Source: Guillardia theta CCMP2712
Lineage: Eukaryota > Protista > Cryptophyta
Assembly: GCF_000315625.1 (NCBI RefSeq)
Contig: NW_005434606.1
Location: forward strand, 24,057-88,056
Reading direction: 5' to 3'
Length of the DNA: 64,000 nt
Made by a program: the position numbers and the translations under genes. The notes under the pieces were generated by a model, which made no database searches, had not been told where the DNA came from, and worked only from the letters and a program-made list of their open reading frames with translations. Shown piece by piece: positions 24,192 to 37,735 of this stretch (its first letter is position 1; each line of letters starts with the position of its first letter).

Positions 24192-27100
24192 CTAGTTCTG
24201 TAGGTTCTGCAAGGCCTCCATGACGAGGGAGCGGAACTTGCCGTCCTTGACGTTCACCTTGCTCACGTCGTCCTTGCTGATAGTCTCCAGTGCTGCTCCC
24301 AGCAGCCTCATGGCGTTGTTGTAGTTCCTGTCAGTCACCCCCACGAACTCCATGTCGACGTCTCCTCCTCGGGTGAGGATCGCCATCTGCAGCTGCAGGT
24401 CGATCTCTCCGTCTGTGCACAGGATGCCGCCCGCAAGCCTGGGATGCAGCATGGAGCTGCTGCTCTCGGGGAGGATCCTCCACACCCCCAGCTCGGCGTC
24501 GTTGTTGCCGAAGAGCAGCTGCCTGTGCTTGCTCCACAAGTCCGTGATCTGCGACGCTGTCCCCTTCCCCTTGGCGACAGCCCAGAGGGCGGGGAGAGGT
24601 TCTTCCCAGAGGTCGTAGCAGTCCTCCGAGTAGAGAGCGACGTGCAGTAGCACGTCGTTGAACGACAGCCTCGGGTCCTCCTCGTCCGAGCAGCTGAGCA
24701 ACTGGGCAAACATTCCCCCCCAGAGCCGGGAGATCCGCTCGATGGGCTCATCCGCTAGGATCATCTTCCTGCTGAGAGACACGAGCGTCTGGATGAGAAA
24801 CACAGTCTTCTCCTCTGCGTTGTCGCTCATCTTGCACGAGATCATGTCCTGCATGTGCGTCGACGCCCAGATCAGACAGTCGACCAGCGTGCTCTCAGTC
24901 TCTGTCGGCCTGTCGCTGCTGCCGCCGTCGGGTTGACCCATCGCCCTCAACAGCGCTTGCGGAGAGTCGAGCGAGTTGTCGTAGAGTATCGTCATCCACA
25001 GAGCTGTGCGGTAGGGGCTCAGGTACTTGTCCTCCTCGGCGTTCTCCATGCCGATCTGATACTTGAGAATGTCCTTGGCAATGGCGAGGCTGTCGGAGGG
25101 AGAAGACTTCTTGAGCAGCGAGCACAGGTTGTCGTTCTTGAGTGCCGAAAGCACCTTGGCAGGGGAGGTGCAGACGGAGAGCAGCTCCACCAGCAGCGAG
25201 CTGTCTTGCACGGGCTCCGTGTTCCAGCACTTGTTCTGCACGTCGTTCCAGTCCACCGAGTGTCCGTGCTTGACGGCATCGATGATGTCTTCGAGCCTGG
25301 AGTAGTCGCCCCCCCAGGAGAAGGCGATGCCCTCGGCAAGCTCGTTGTTGCACTCCACCTCCAGCTGCAGCGGGAACCCGCACTGATCCACGAGCTTGTT
25401 CTCGAACATGACCTGCGGATCGTCCATCTTGCTGCATCGCTCGACCCCGCCTGATGCGGGGTCCTTCCTCGCCTGCGCACGCATGTGGCAGCACCAAGCC
25501 GCGATTCTCAGAGCAGGAGGAGCGTCGTAGGCGCGATCGAGGCCGAAGGAGACGAAGTCAGGGAAGTCCATCCCGAGGTTGTCGGCGTTCTCAGTGAGGA
25601 GAGCCGCTTGAAACATGGAGGCCACCATCCCCTTGAGGCTCCGAGTGATGGAGAGGATCGGGTCCTCCCCCCTCTTCGCTCCCTCCATGGCCGCCAGGAA
25701 CGCCTCGGCGAACTGCTGTGCGGTAATGGTGGACACTGTGGGAACCTTGTTCAGCAGGAACCCAGCAAGCTTCTCAGCTGAGATGGACGAGGTCTGCGAC
25801 AAGATGTCCTCGAGCTCGGCGATCCCTCGAAGGGACACGGCCTCGCCCCCAAAGATGCACCGGGCGCAGTGCATCCACTTGCGGATCCCTGAGCCGTTGC
25901 GGGTCTTCTTGGCGTCCATCACCTCGCTCAGCAGGGTGTTTCCGAGACGCGTCACGATGTCGACCACGCGCTCGGGCTCGATGCCGATCTTGGTTCCATC
26001 CTCCTTGAGCTGTTTCAGGTGCTCCAGGTCTCGGGAGTCCTTCCGGTTGGCAATCAGCAGCACGTGGAGCCTTCGCACGTTGAGCCGCAGCCACTGGAAG
26101 AGCTGAACCTTGTGGACGTCCTTGAGCATGTGGAACTCGTCGACTATGAGAAAGAGGTGAGCCGAGGAGTCCGCGATCTCGCACTCGAGGATCTCCGTCA
26201 GGGCCATGTCGACAAGCCGATCGTCACTACCATCTATGAAGGCCTTGGACATCTGATGCCTTCCCTTGAGCTCCTCTGCGATCTGGTTGGAGAAGAAACT
26301 CTTTCCTGCTCCAGGGGGAGAGCAGAGGAGGACGAGGCAGGGCTTGGCTTCCAGCATGATGTCTTTCAGCGACGTCCTGTAGTCGGCAAAGTCTTTCTCG
26401 CTCTTACTGCCCCCTTCCCCTCCGAAGAACTCCGACACAAACCTCTCGGTCTTCTCCCAGCTGCTGTAGAAAGGCTTGCCATTGACAGCCTCGAACTTGG
26501 CGATGGACTCTTTCATCCTCGGGTAGGGCTGAATGTGTGTGGGGCGCAGTCGGACAACGTGCTCTGACTGCAAGTCTGCCTCATTCCGGATGCTCCTCTC
26601 AATAGGAGCAGGAGCAAACTCATACACGCACCGATCTCTGTTCTCCGAGAAGTTCCAGCTTGTCTGCGTGTTCTCTAGGTACACGAACCGCCACGGGTGT
26701 ATCCGAGTGTACTCCGCCAACCATTTCAGCAGCGCGTCCTCGATGCTGTCAAGCCCGGTCACGTACACCAGCCAAGTGTAGGCCGAGAAGTGACCGATGA
26801 TGGTCAGGTACATGCTCGCGTTGTCCTTCGATCGAGTCAGCGCGTCATATCCCAGATCGCAAACTTCAACGATGGCCCCGTGCTTCTTCAGCTCTCCCAA
26901 CGTGCCCCCACGAACGATGTGCACGCCGTACAGGTCGTTCTTGCGCTTGCAGAACGGCAGGAAGTGAGGAGGAACATGGAAGGACCTCTGGAAGAGCGAG
27001 AGGCAGTGGTTGGGGGAGGGCAGCGAGATCGCCACACAGTGGGCGATGACGAGCAGGTTCAAGTCTCCTCCTATGCTGCCGGAAGAGCTGTCTTCGATGC

Positions 27101-30100
27101 ACAGCGACGGGACCCTCGCGGTCGTTGGGCCCTTTTCGAGCTGGTTAAGGAACCAAGACTTGGCGTCTTCTGGCAGGGGTGACCGGACAAGATTGCAGAG
27201 CCAGCTGAGCAGGTCACTGCGGTGAGAGAGCAGGTCGTAGATGTGCTCTGATATGTCCGTGTCTCCCGAGATGTTCGACTTCTTGGTCTTGACCTTGAGA
27301 TAATGTTCCAACGACTTGACTAGGAGGCTCTTGTGGAACACGTAGACTATCGGCAGCCCGTCGCGCTCGTTGTACTTGATTTTGAGCCTCTTGACGTCGA
27401 TCTGAACTTGATACAAGGGAACCTTCTCCCCTGAGAGAGACATGACGGCAAACTTGGAGCAAACTCTGTTCCCGTAGCCCCAGGTGGCTGGGAACAAGGA
27501 GTTCTGAGCTGTTCCGGAGTTGCTCTCAGGGTTATCTGTCGGCAGGTCATGCACATCGTCTATGTAAGTGACTTTCTCCTCTTGTCCTTGGCCGAGGTTT
27601 CTCTCCTTCTTCGCCGAGTCGATGAGACGCTTGGTGTTGTCATCGGTCTTCTTCGTGTAGACCTTCTCCTGCTGCTTCTCCTCCCCTTCCGAGTCAGAGT
27701 CTTCGAAGTGCTGAGTCCAGACCGACTGCGCGTTCAGCCGCTTCCGTCTGGTGATGGAGGTCAGAAACTCCACCGACTGCTCCATGAACTTCTGCTGGGT
27801 GATGTGCTCGTGCGCCGTGATCAGGTTGTTCAGCACCGCGTTGGCATTCCGCGTCCCATCGTTATCGAACCGAACAAGGTACGGCTCGTCGTTGTTGGCT
27901 TCGAAGCTGATTCTCAGCTCTCCATCCACCTCTTCGTTGATTTCCAACTCGTCTCCTCCATTCGCATCGTCCAACCTTGCCAGGAAGCTGCTCTGATTAT
28001 GCTCCGCCAACTTCAAGGTGAACACCATCTGTGACCTTGGCACCCAGTCTCTGATCCCGACGATGAGCGACAGGTTGTTGGACATGGCCTCTCCCAGGTG
28101 AGTCAGGCACTGGCTCTCGACATTCAGATCCTGCTCCAAACTCGGCAGATCCAGGTACTCCAGCACCGTGTTCAGCCCGTTGTCATCCTCCTTGATCTCA
28201 TCCATGATCCTCAGGATGGCTTCGCAGACGATGTTCTCGGACCGGATGTAATCGCAAAACAAGTTCTCTTCCTCCCCCTGCTCGTCGCTAATACGCCTGA
28301 GCTCATTCAGCACCTGATCGATCTCCTTCAATTCATCTGCATCCCAGCCACGAGCTTTCTGCGCAGCAAAGTACGACATCTGGACGATTGATTTGATCGT
28401 TTCAAGAACAGCAGCGTCGAAGTCGAGCACTGCTAGCTTGCAGACGTCTAGCAAGGTGTAGAGGAAGACAGGAGGGTTCTTTGCGCTATCCAGAGATGCT
28501 GCTCCCAACAAGACCATCCAGTCTCCTTCCAAGTTCTTGCGCAGGTAGAACCCCTTGGCTGTGATAGTCGACAACCTCGGGAGGTTGTTGAGATGCTCCC
28601 AGGCTCCCCCGTTGTGGGAGAAGATGGCTTCTATCTCAGCGAGCTGCCCCAGCTCTGCCTCGTCGAAGCTCTTCTGCTGTCGTCGCCGCAAGTTGGTCTG
28701 CTGCGACAGAGGAATCTTTCGTGAGTCTCCGGGGCTTCGCAAGACCGGGTTCAGTCCTGGCACGATATGGACGATGCCGTAGCCGTCCTTGATGTTGAGG
28801 CTCACCAGCTTGCGGGCTGAGATCGTTCGCTCCGCCTGATTCATGTCCCTTCGCAGCTTGCCGGTCACTCGCGAGCTCTTGGACTGCTGGGGACGGAGAC
28901 GATCGGAGGAGAAGGCGGTCTTGAAGAGCGTCAACGTCTTTCGCTCGACAAGAACTTGAGGGCTCTGCCTGTCATGATCGCGAACATGATCGAAGTTGGC
29001 GAACCTCTTGTTCTCCACGTTCTTTGCCCTCCTTCGCGCCATGCTGCCTCGATCTGCAGTCTCAACCGCAGGCGCAGAGGAGGTGTGGAACTCGAAGCCC
29101 TCCTTGAAGATAATATCCTCATAGATCTTCAACTCTCTGCCAGCATTTAAGATATCCTCTATCTTTTGCGGCAGCAAGGTTTGAGCCGGGCATCTCACGT
29201 AATGCTTGTGTTTGTGATTCCTTCTCTTCTTGCTGCCCACAAGATCCAACAGTCTTTGAGACAGCTGCTTGTAGTCATACTTCGCATACAGGTTCGTTGC
29301 GATGTACTCAATCTCGTTCAGAACTGACGAGCTGTAGACAATGTTTTGTCTTTGCCACTCACGAAGCATACACACAACCTCAAACCCCTCGTTCACTGGG
29401 GTGATCCCAATCAGCGTGTACAGCGTGTCTGCTACAGTGACCTGCAGCTTGTCGGAACATCTTTTCAGACCCGAGCACAAGCCTTGGACGCAACTTTGAA
29501 TGATTGCCTCGCCGTCACATGATCGCAGCTGTGAGAAGAAATCTGCGATGGTCACCATGTCTTCGACGACTCTGCTTTGCATCTGAGCCTCATTCGTAGT
29601 GAAGTCCCTCTGAGCAATCGCAGGATTCCTACTGGTCTCCTTGAGGTTGGTTGCCACGTCAGCAAACTTTGCTTCCAAGGCTGATCCATCAATCTGCCAT
29701 GTACTAGTCAAGTCACATTGAGCTGCGAGCACATACACACCGCTTCCAGGAAGGTCCCATGCCCACATTCCGCCAGCCTCTTGAGCTTGTCCACCTGCAA
29801 CGAGGTCCCGAAGGCAAGCGTGTTGACTTGAAGGCCGTACTGCGAGTATTTAGAGTAGAGAAGCTGCAAACCTTGTTAGAGGTCAACGCGTAGAGAACAC
29901 AAAATTTGACCTGCATCTCCCGCTCTCCGTTCTCATGCGAGTCGCCATCGGACATGAACAAAATGACTGGAGGAAGCTGAGAGTTGTCCGTCTGCGACAA
30001 AATGCGGTCGACCTCGCTCAGAGCAGGTCCGAATGAAGTGCCCCCTCCTTTGAGAACAAGGTAAGCGTCCAACTTCGCTAGCGCATCGTCTAGAGTGATA

Positions 30101-33100
30101 TTCTTGCACAGAGTCCTGGCAGATGAGTTGAAGGCAACCATAGAGATCATGTCTTTTGCGCTTGCAGTCTTACGAATATTGAAGAAAGTTCGAACTGCAG
30201 CTACGAGACTTGCCCAACCTGACCCTGCCATGGAGCCAGAGTCGTCCAGCACGAAGATGACGTGGAAGTTTGCGGGGTCGTCTTTGTACTCAGCGGAGAA
30301 ATCCACTTGTGAATACTTCTGCTCAAGCTTATGAGCTATGCTCTCCATGACCTCCTCCATCAACTTGAGCGGAAAGTTCTGGTCGTATGTCTCCCCGTCT
30401 CTGATCTTCTTCGTGTGCTGCAGGTATCGGGTGATGGGGCCCATGTCTCTCACATCGAACTGCAGCAGAAGGGTCAACAGCCACTGGATCGTCAAGCTCT
30501 CGCTGTCGGAGTTGCCTTGGAACAGCGGAATGTTGTCTTTGCCGCTCCGGAAGCGAACATCCATGTACACTGGAAGAGGACAGTAGACCATCTCGGTAGT
30601 GAACTTGGGCTGGCTCCATATCTTTCGCATCTTGAGGAGGTTGTTGTTGAGAGTTTGCTTCAGCCTACTCCCACTCATCTTCCCGAGGTCTTCAAGAGAC
30701 ATGCCTGCAGCATAGAACCAAGCCAAGCCCGTCAGGAAGATCTGCGCTCTCTGCTCCTGAATCTTGGTCTCGTCGATGGAGTTGAGGGTGTCGTCGATAT
30801 GCAAGAGGATGTTGAGGTTGTGCAGCACAAGCTCTGGGGTGACGCCCTTGTCTGTGATAGGAAACATACGCCTGAACTTCTCCTTCTCCTGGAATTGAAG
30901 TCCAGGGAACTGAGAGTTCTCCATAGACTTGATGAGGAAGTCTACACAGCTCCTCGGAAGGTGGCGGGAGTGACACCTAAAACTGTACACGGGCCATCCT
31001 GCTTTCTGAGCCTGACCGACCACGTAGTTCTCGTTCTCGATGAGGTTCTTCGTGCCAATCACGTTGCGCTTGATCGCGTTGAACATGCTGGCTGGCAGCG
31101 TGTGAGGAGCAAGAGTGAACCTGGCAAGATTGCTCAGCCCCTGCAGCGACGAGAAGGAAGGGTCAGCTGCTCGAGCGACTTTCTTGAAGAGCATCCAGCT
31201 TCCTGGCTGCGGGCTGTGACGCAGCTGCAGGGACCGGGCAGGACAGGCCCACCAGCAGAACCAAAGGAGGGCAAGGAAGGACTCGTTGCTCTCCTCTGGT
31301 GTAGCGTTCATGACGGTAAACATAGTGCTCCTGGAGAGCTCGTTGTGCAGCAGCTCGACGTGTTTCAGCAGGTCAGCCTCCTCGAACGTCTTGTTCTTGA
31401 AATGCATGATGTAAACCGTGCAGAGCTTCTTGGAGCTTTCAAACGGCAGGTCGAACTTGTGGGACAGTGCCATCTGCATCAGGTCCCTGGCACACTCGTT
31501 ATCGGCAAAGGTCTTGTAGATGAGGGACCAAGGCTCAGGAATCAGGTCAGAAGGGAAAAGCACTGGCGGTTCGAATCCATGTTCGGACAAAACTTCAATC
31601 ATCTCTACAGCAAGAGCTCGAGTCTGCTGCGTGCACAACCCGTTCAAGAACTCTGCATAGAAATCGAAGGCCTTCTCCTCTCCATGCGCTGCCTTGATGG
31701 CTTCGAGACTTGGCACGAGGATCCCATCCCTGAAGAGGGTGAGCTTGTACGGAGGATTAGCCGACTTGACAAGGTGAAGGAGAGCCTTGGGCCTCACCCG
31801 AGCTGCGATCGACGTGGAAGTATTGACCATGTCCACCATTGCAACTGAGTCTGCGTCCTTAGCCCATTCCAGCCACCCGCCAAGAATATTCTTCATCACC
31901 GACCCATATGTCTCTTGGAGTATCTTGGTCAAGTTTTCTTTGGACAGGCAAACGCTCATCAGAGCTCTACCGATCCTGAGGCTCGGGTCCGACAGCATCT
32001 TGCTGATCTCAACTTTGTTCTTCTCAGACATGATGAAGTCTCTGATCGCATGCTGCTCGCTCAATGTCTCCACCTTATCCAGCGCGATCATCGCCCTTGC
32101 GACCGAGAGGTACAATTGAAGCTTCTCACCGCTCGTTACTTGATCATCGGAGCCCTTGGTCTCAAAGAAGATGCCGTTCTTCAGCAGCAGAATCTGGTCC
32201 TCCTCGAAGTAGTCGTTGGTCAACACGGCAGTGGACCCAGAAACCAGTAGCAGCCACCAGATAGCTGCCGTTCGAGATCTCAGCACGTAGAACTTGTCAG
32301 TCGGCAAGCTGTGGAGCAGTCCCTGGCAAGCAGAGTAATCCCTCTCGATCTCCTGGATCCCATCCTTGCCCAGCGTCAGGTTCACGATCTGGGAAGGGCT
32401 CAAACTCAGCAGCAGCATGATTCGGCTGGGCGAGTGCGTGCAGATATGCTTGAAGACTTCGCTGGTGAGCTCAGGGCCTGTCTGCCACTTGACAAACATC
32501 TCCTCCCAGTTCAGCTCCGCTCCCACGATGGACTGATGCTCCATAATCTCCTGGTGTCGGATGATGGCGTCGCCCTTCCCGGGGTCGAGGTACATGGGGT
32601 ACTTGGAGCGGTTATCATGGAGGTGTGACTGATGGTAAGACAATTCAGCGCACAAGAGCCTGCCGGGGTTGTTGGCACAGTGAACATTGGCGTCCCCCAG
32701 GTTGGCCGTTTGAATCAGGGGGAGGCCGAAAGGGAGGTTCTTCTCCCTGTGAACTAGAGAGCTGCCTTCGTCTGTGTTCTGACAAAGAAAATGGATGTAC
32801 GCCTCAATGCGATGCAGCTGGCTCAAGAACCGAACGCAAGGTTGACGACAGAAGTCCGCAAAGCAGATCAATGGCATCTCATCAGTCCAACTTTCAGATG
32901 TGCATCGGATGTAATGGTTGACATGCCGTGCAAGGAGGCCAGCAAGAGTTTTGCATTCCTCTTCCAGCACTTTGCAAGGTACCATGATGGGCTGATCTGC
33001 CTTGGACAGATTGCTGAAGATCTCCTCCAGGACATGCTTGTTCTCAACTCTCAGCAAGTCGTCATTCTGGTCAAGAAAGTTCAGTAGATTGAGATTCTGC

Positions 33101-36100
33101 ATCCCTCCTCTCATGAACTCTTCAATAAATCCTTTCTGGGTATCAGTAATGATGTGATCTAAGGAGAACATCAACTTGAGACCTCTGCAGATCAACCCGT
33201 ACTTGTCAATATTCTTCTCCGGGTAGATATTATTCCTTTGAGTCAGTATGGGAGCATGAATCCATGTAGGTGGCGAACGACTGTCCTGATAGATTCTGAA
33301 TCTGCAGAGGCTGACAAGCGGGCATGTAACCAGCAGAACGATCTTGACGTTCGACTTGAAGCACCGAGATATCAAGACTTCGAGCTTTCTCTGTGGGAGG
33401 AACGAAGCTCTTGAAAGGATAATCGTTGGGCACTTGATCGAGCTGTTCACATTCTTCTGGCGATTCTTCTCCTCGGCCCGAGCGCCTGTGATACGAAGCT
33501 CTGAGTTCTCAGACAAGAACTCCTTCAGGTTGTCAAAGTTAGATCTGTCTCCGGCATCGATCAGTCGTATTTTGACAGCCTCATACGCCGATTCATAAAT
33601 AGTATTAGCAGTCCAGCTGTGATCCGAGCACACTAGAATGCGAATGAAACTTTCCATCTTGTCCGCCTGAGAGACAGGCTGGTCCATCCACTCCCTCACA
33701 GTCTGTAGCCACCTCCCGCACTCCATGGCGTACTTGAGAGGAGTCTCTTTGCACCAATACGAACGGCAGAGCTCTTGAGGAGTTTTACAGAGTCGATCGT
33801 AGGTTTCATTCAGTACGGAGCCGACAGCAGATTGCCTTGAGAATGAAATGGGCAGGAATTTCTGGTCAATAGATTCTCTGATGCTATCGGGACGATAGAT
33901 GAGGTCTTTAAATGACGGACTGAATTCCAACAGCTTGAGTATGCTGTTCGAGTGCCGGAAGATCATCTTGAAGGCAGGAGCTGGTAACGTAATGAGCTGA
34001 TTCATCTGGTCTGCCGTGATCTTCCCAGTGATGTTCACATACAGGAACGTGATGGAAGTTGGGTTCGCTTGCTTGAGCTTCAAGAAGAGAGACTCGAAAT
34101 TGCTTTCCTCCACAAAGACTTCTTCTTGTGCAAAGTGAGTTTCCTTAGAAATGATTGTGGGCAAGTAGGTCAGGTGATCTTCAGAGACGATTGCGATCCT
34201 CTTGTTGAGATTTGCCCTCATGCCAACGAAATGCACGGATCTGTCTGCATCGGAAGCCTCAGGGCTCACGACATTGAAGTTGTCATTTTCAAAGCTGTTG
34301 GAAGACCCCGCGGTGATCAGATTCAACACAATCCTTCTGCTCTCTTGCTCAGTCACACTCAGTCTGTTCAGATTCTCGAAGGCCCCCTTCATCTTCGATT
34401 CCCAAAACTTAGTAACCAAGTTTGCAAGATCCGGGTGGACAGCGTGTAGCAGCTGGACACTGGCATAGTACAAAACCAGCGCGTTGTTCTCAATCTCCTT
34501 CATGATCAAGTTTGAATAATCATCTTGAGTCATGTTTTGTCGATCGATGGCATTCAATCCAAGCACCTCTGAAGCACAACAGTCAGAAAATCGACATCAT
34601 TCACAAACAAACTTCAATCACAACATGAACATCAGGACGTTTTGATTCAACAACTTCGAGCTAGAATATCAATACCTGCGATTACTTCTGCACTCTCCAT
34701 GAACCCTTGACCTCGCGGTGCTGTCGCGGTCAATCGGCCAGTTCCAGTCTGGTACACGGCACTCGGGGGCATCAGCACAGCTAGACGGTAGAAGGGGAGG
34801 ACTTCGGTTGATTCACCAACCTGACAAACTGAGGCGATCGGCTCCACGGCCAAGGCACTGTACCCAACACCCTCAGTCTTGACGTTGCCAACCTCGCGCA
34901 GGTCTATCAGAAATCGGCTTCCTGCATCTGAGATGTCTTGAAAATGGGACCCGCCTTCCGATCTCTTGTCGTTGAGGACAAGCAGGATGTGAGTGAACTT
35001 TGGAGTCGACGGATTTGTCTGCGACAAGATCTCTTCGACCGTCTTGGCGTTGGGAGAGTGCTTGTCACGGTTGACGAACTGATAGAAACTGATTGAGTCC
35101 GATGTTTCTATCCCTAGACCGCAAGTCTTCAAGACATCCACCGTATCGTCATGTTCAACACTGAGGTCAAAGTTCAGATAGTTCCCAGACAGGCTCAAGC
35201 CTATCTCAAACAAACGAGAGTCCAGCTCTTGCCGAGAGTCATTAGAGTCTGTCTTCCTGTACAAAGAGACCATCCTGACAACTACCGACTTTTCTTCGGA
35301 CTCGGGGACTCCCTTTTTCTCATTGTGTGCCATCTTGTACCCAAACACAGCAATGCGCCTTCCTTCGCCGTGCATGGTCTTGGCATCCTGCACTTGTTTC
35401 TGGGACTCCAAGATTGCTTCCCGCACACACGCCAGACGTCCGGCTCTCCGAGCATTCTCCCGCAGGTTCACCTTTCGTTCCATGTAAACCTTGATGTAGC
35501 TCGTGAGATTCGTCATCATCGACGGTGCACTGAGGTCGTCAAGGAACTTGAAGATCTGTGGTTCAGGCACTCCTTCAAAGTCCAGCACCGACTTCCACTT
35601 ATCCCACACTCGCTTCTCCTCATTCACATATCCCTCGATCTGCTCTAGAGTAGCAGTCTCTTGTCCGCCAGGATGGTCATGGTAAAACCTGTCAAGCTCG
35701 GTGTTTTCAAAGTCATAGCGATCAACACTGTCCAGCTTACAAAACGGAATCACTCCGACGTCTGCGGCCCGTCGCATGGCACTCTCGAGAGATTGTTGAG
35801 CTCGGTAATAGTGTTCCATGCACCGGATGATGAACATCTGAACCTCGGTGTAAACGTTGTTCAGCTCATCATTCTGAAGGTCCTCCAGTTTCTCAGCACG
35901 TTTCAACCATTCCTCGGTCAAGTTTGCATCAAGATCTCCAGGCATCTTGTCACGAGTCGTTCCAACGAGACCTCGGAGTATGGCTGCCATTTCAACAGGA
36001 TGGTAACGCTTTGACCTCACGTGCACTATGGAGAAACCAAACTTCTCTTCTGTGTGCTTCTCAGTCGACGTGGAGACTCCAGTCAGCTTTTCCAGATGAT

Positions 36101-36632
36101 AGCTCAAAAAATCTCTGTCCCAACGATCTTCTGCACCGTAGAACCTCCTGTACCAATTGCTATCGGAATGAAGAGGCCTCATCGCCTCTAGAAGACTATC
36201 CATGTTGCTCTCTTCATTCTCAAGGATTCGAGGTCCCAGGCGTCGAAACGTCTCGTAGTAGATCGGCTGATTCAGACCAGTCAGCCGCGCTGCCACCAGG
36301 ACCTTCCGCGCAACGCTGATCTTCACCCTCTCATAGGGAGCGTTCTGGATCCTAGAGTGCCAGAACTTGAGAGCCTCCCTCCACAGGCACGCTTCCTTGC
36401 CTCGTTGCCTCACATTCATCAAGTAGATTGCCTGAGTGTTGGTAAACCATACTTCATTGAAGCCCGTCTCCGGAGGTCTGTTGCCTTGTGCATTCGAGCT
36501 CGGTGCCAGTGCTCTCGGAACAGCTGTGGCTTCATTGTGAAGAGCGTTTCGGCCCGATTGCGAGTTGATGTCTCCATCAATGTCCTCTGCGTCCGAAAAG
36601 GATGCGTCTGACATACCTGCTGTATTCGTCAT
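24192..36632 (-). CDS. Giant ~4,079-aa protein: unknown N-terminal region, degenerate AAA+/helical module, vWA (MIDAS intact), unknown region, AAA+/helical module. Exons 36632-34676, 34568-29911, 29863-29741, 29693-24192
   Basis: Three GT-AG introns (34569-34675 phase 1; 29864-29910 and 29694-29740 phase 0) join the three long ORFs in frame, giving 12,240 nt. Splicing completes the vWA fold (HVIFVLDDSGSM...GGGTSFGPAL...ILFMSDGD...VNTLAFG..DKLKRLAECGHGTFLEA|IDGSALEAKFADVA). NTPase motifs: LVLLCSPPGAGKS, LFLIVDEFH, LLIANR, AVSLR. Confidence 0.88.
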
Positions 36633-37006
36633 GTCAGGTCGGATAAGACAAATTTTTCAGAAATCGAAAATGCGCTGTACAGTCTTTGGTAGTCTTTTGC
36701 TTTCACTTTCTCAGGAAGCAGTGTGCGAGAGTATGGAAATGCATAGACGTTCGCAGAAGAGACAACACATTCTAGTTGTAAAGAGATGAAACAAGGGGTG
36801 CTTTTCAACAATCAGTCAGAACAGAATCAAACAGATCTATTGGGAAGGGATCAAAGGGTTTGGCCATCAAAGGCAGGAAAATGTGGAGGGGAGAAAGCAG
36901 AGCGTGACAGAAGAGGAGCAAAAGAGCAGAGCTAAAAGTCAGCAAAGAACGATGAAGAGAGGCAGATCCAGCACACATCAAGCAAGGACGGGGAGAAAAT
37001 CAGCAG

Positions 37007-37140
37007 AGGACAGGACAGGACGGGACGGGACGGGACACGACAGGACGGGACAGGACAGGATACGACACGACACGACACGATAGGTGGGGAGGAGAGGGGA
37101 TAAGAGAAGAGGAGAGGAGAGGAGAGGAGAGGAGAGGAGA
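37007..37140. repeat. Pentanucleotide microsatellites (GGACA/GGGAC/CACGA/GAGAG) in the divergent intergenic region
   Basis: Seen directly; followed by TATA-like atttatagg at ~37143. Confidence 0.85.
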
Positions 37141-37735
37141 AGATTTATAGGCGGGAGAGGACACGAAAGGGGGAGGGGGAGGGTGGCTCAGGAACGAGTG
37201 AAAGTGCAGAGGGTGGAGCGATATTTGTTGTACGACGAAAGGAGCAACAAGGGGTGTGTTTGAGGTAATTTGTACGGGTAGTCAGAAATGCAGCAAAGTG
37301 GGTTTGTGGGTGGGGGTAGAGTCCGCAAGCGTTGCATGTTGCTGGGAATCAAACTTGAACCGTTGCGAGTTGCTAGGAAGGTTTTGCTTAGGGGGTAGGG
37401 GTATCGTTTTTTTTACCTTGTCATATTTCTGGTTGAGCCTAGCAAGCAGGGGGTCAAAACCTGGTAAAGAGGAGGGGGTGGGTGGGGGTAATGTAGTTCC
37501 ACAGGGGTGGGGGTGGATGGATGCGAGCTAGGTGGGTGCGGGTGGATTTCGGGATGTCGTAGAGGGGGGGAGGAGAGGAGGGAGGAGTAGCGAGTGAGAA
37601 GAGAGGAGTGAAAGTGTGGATGCTTGCTTCTGATGATGATCTGTGAACAGATGCTGGAGAAGAAGCGCAGAGGACCCAAGGAAGCAATGCACGCACACTG
37701 ATAAGGCTAGTCCTTAACTCAGAGCAACTAGACCC

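Noticed and set aside
30331-31848. 505-aa plus-strand ORF and other long antisense ORFs (e.g. 47468-48430, 50770-51783, 62682-63536)
   Set aside because: Antisense shadows of GC3-rich real genes on the opposite strand.
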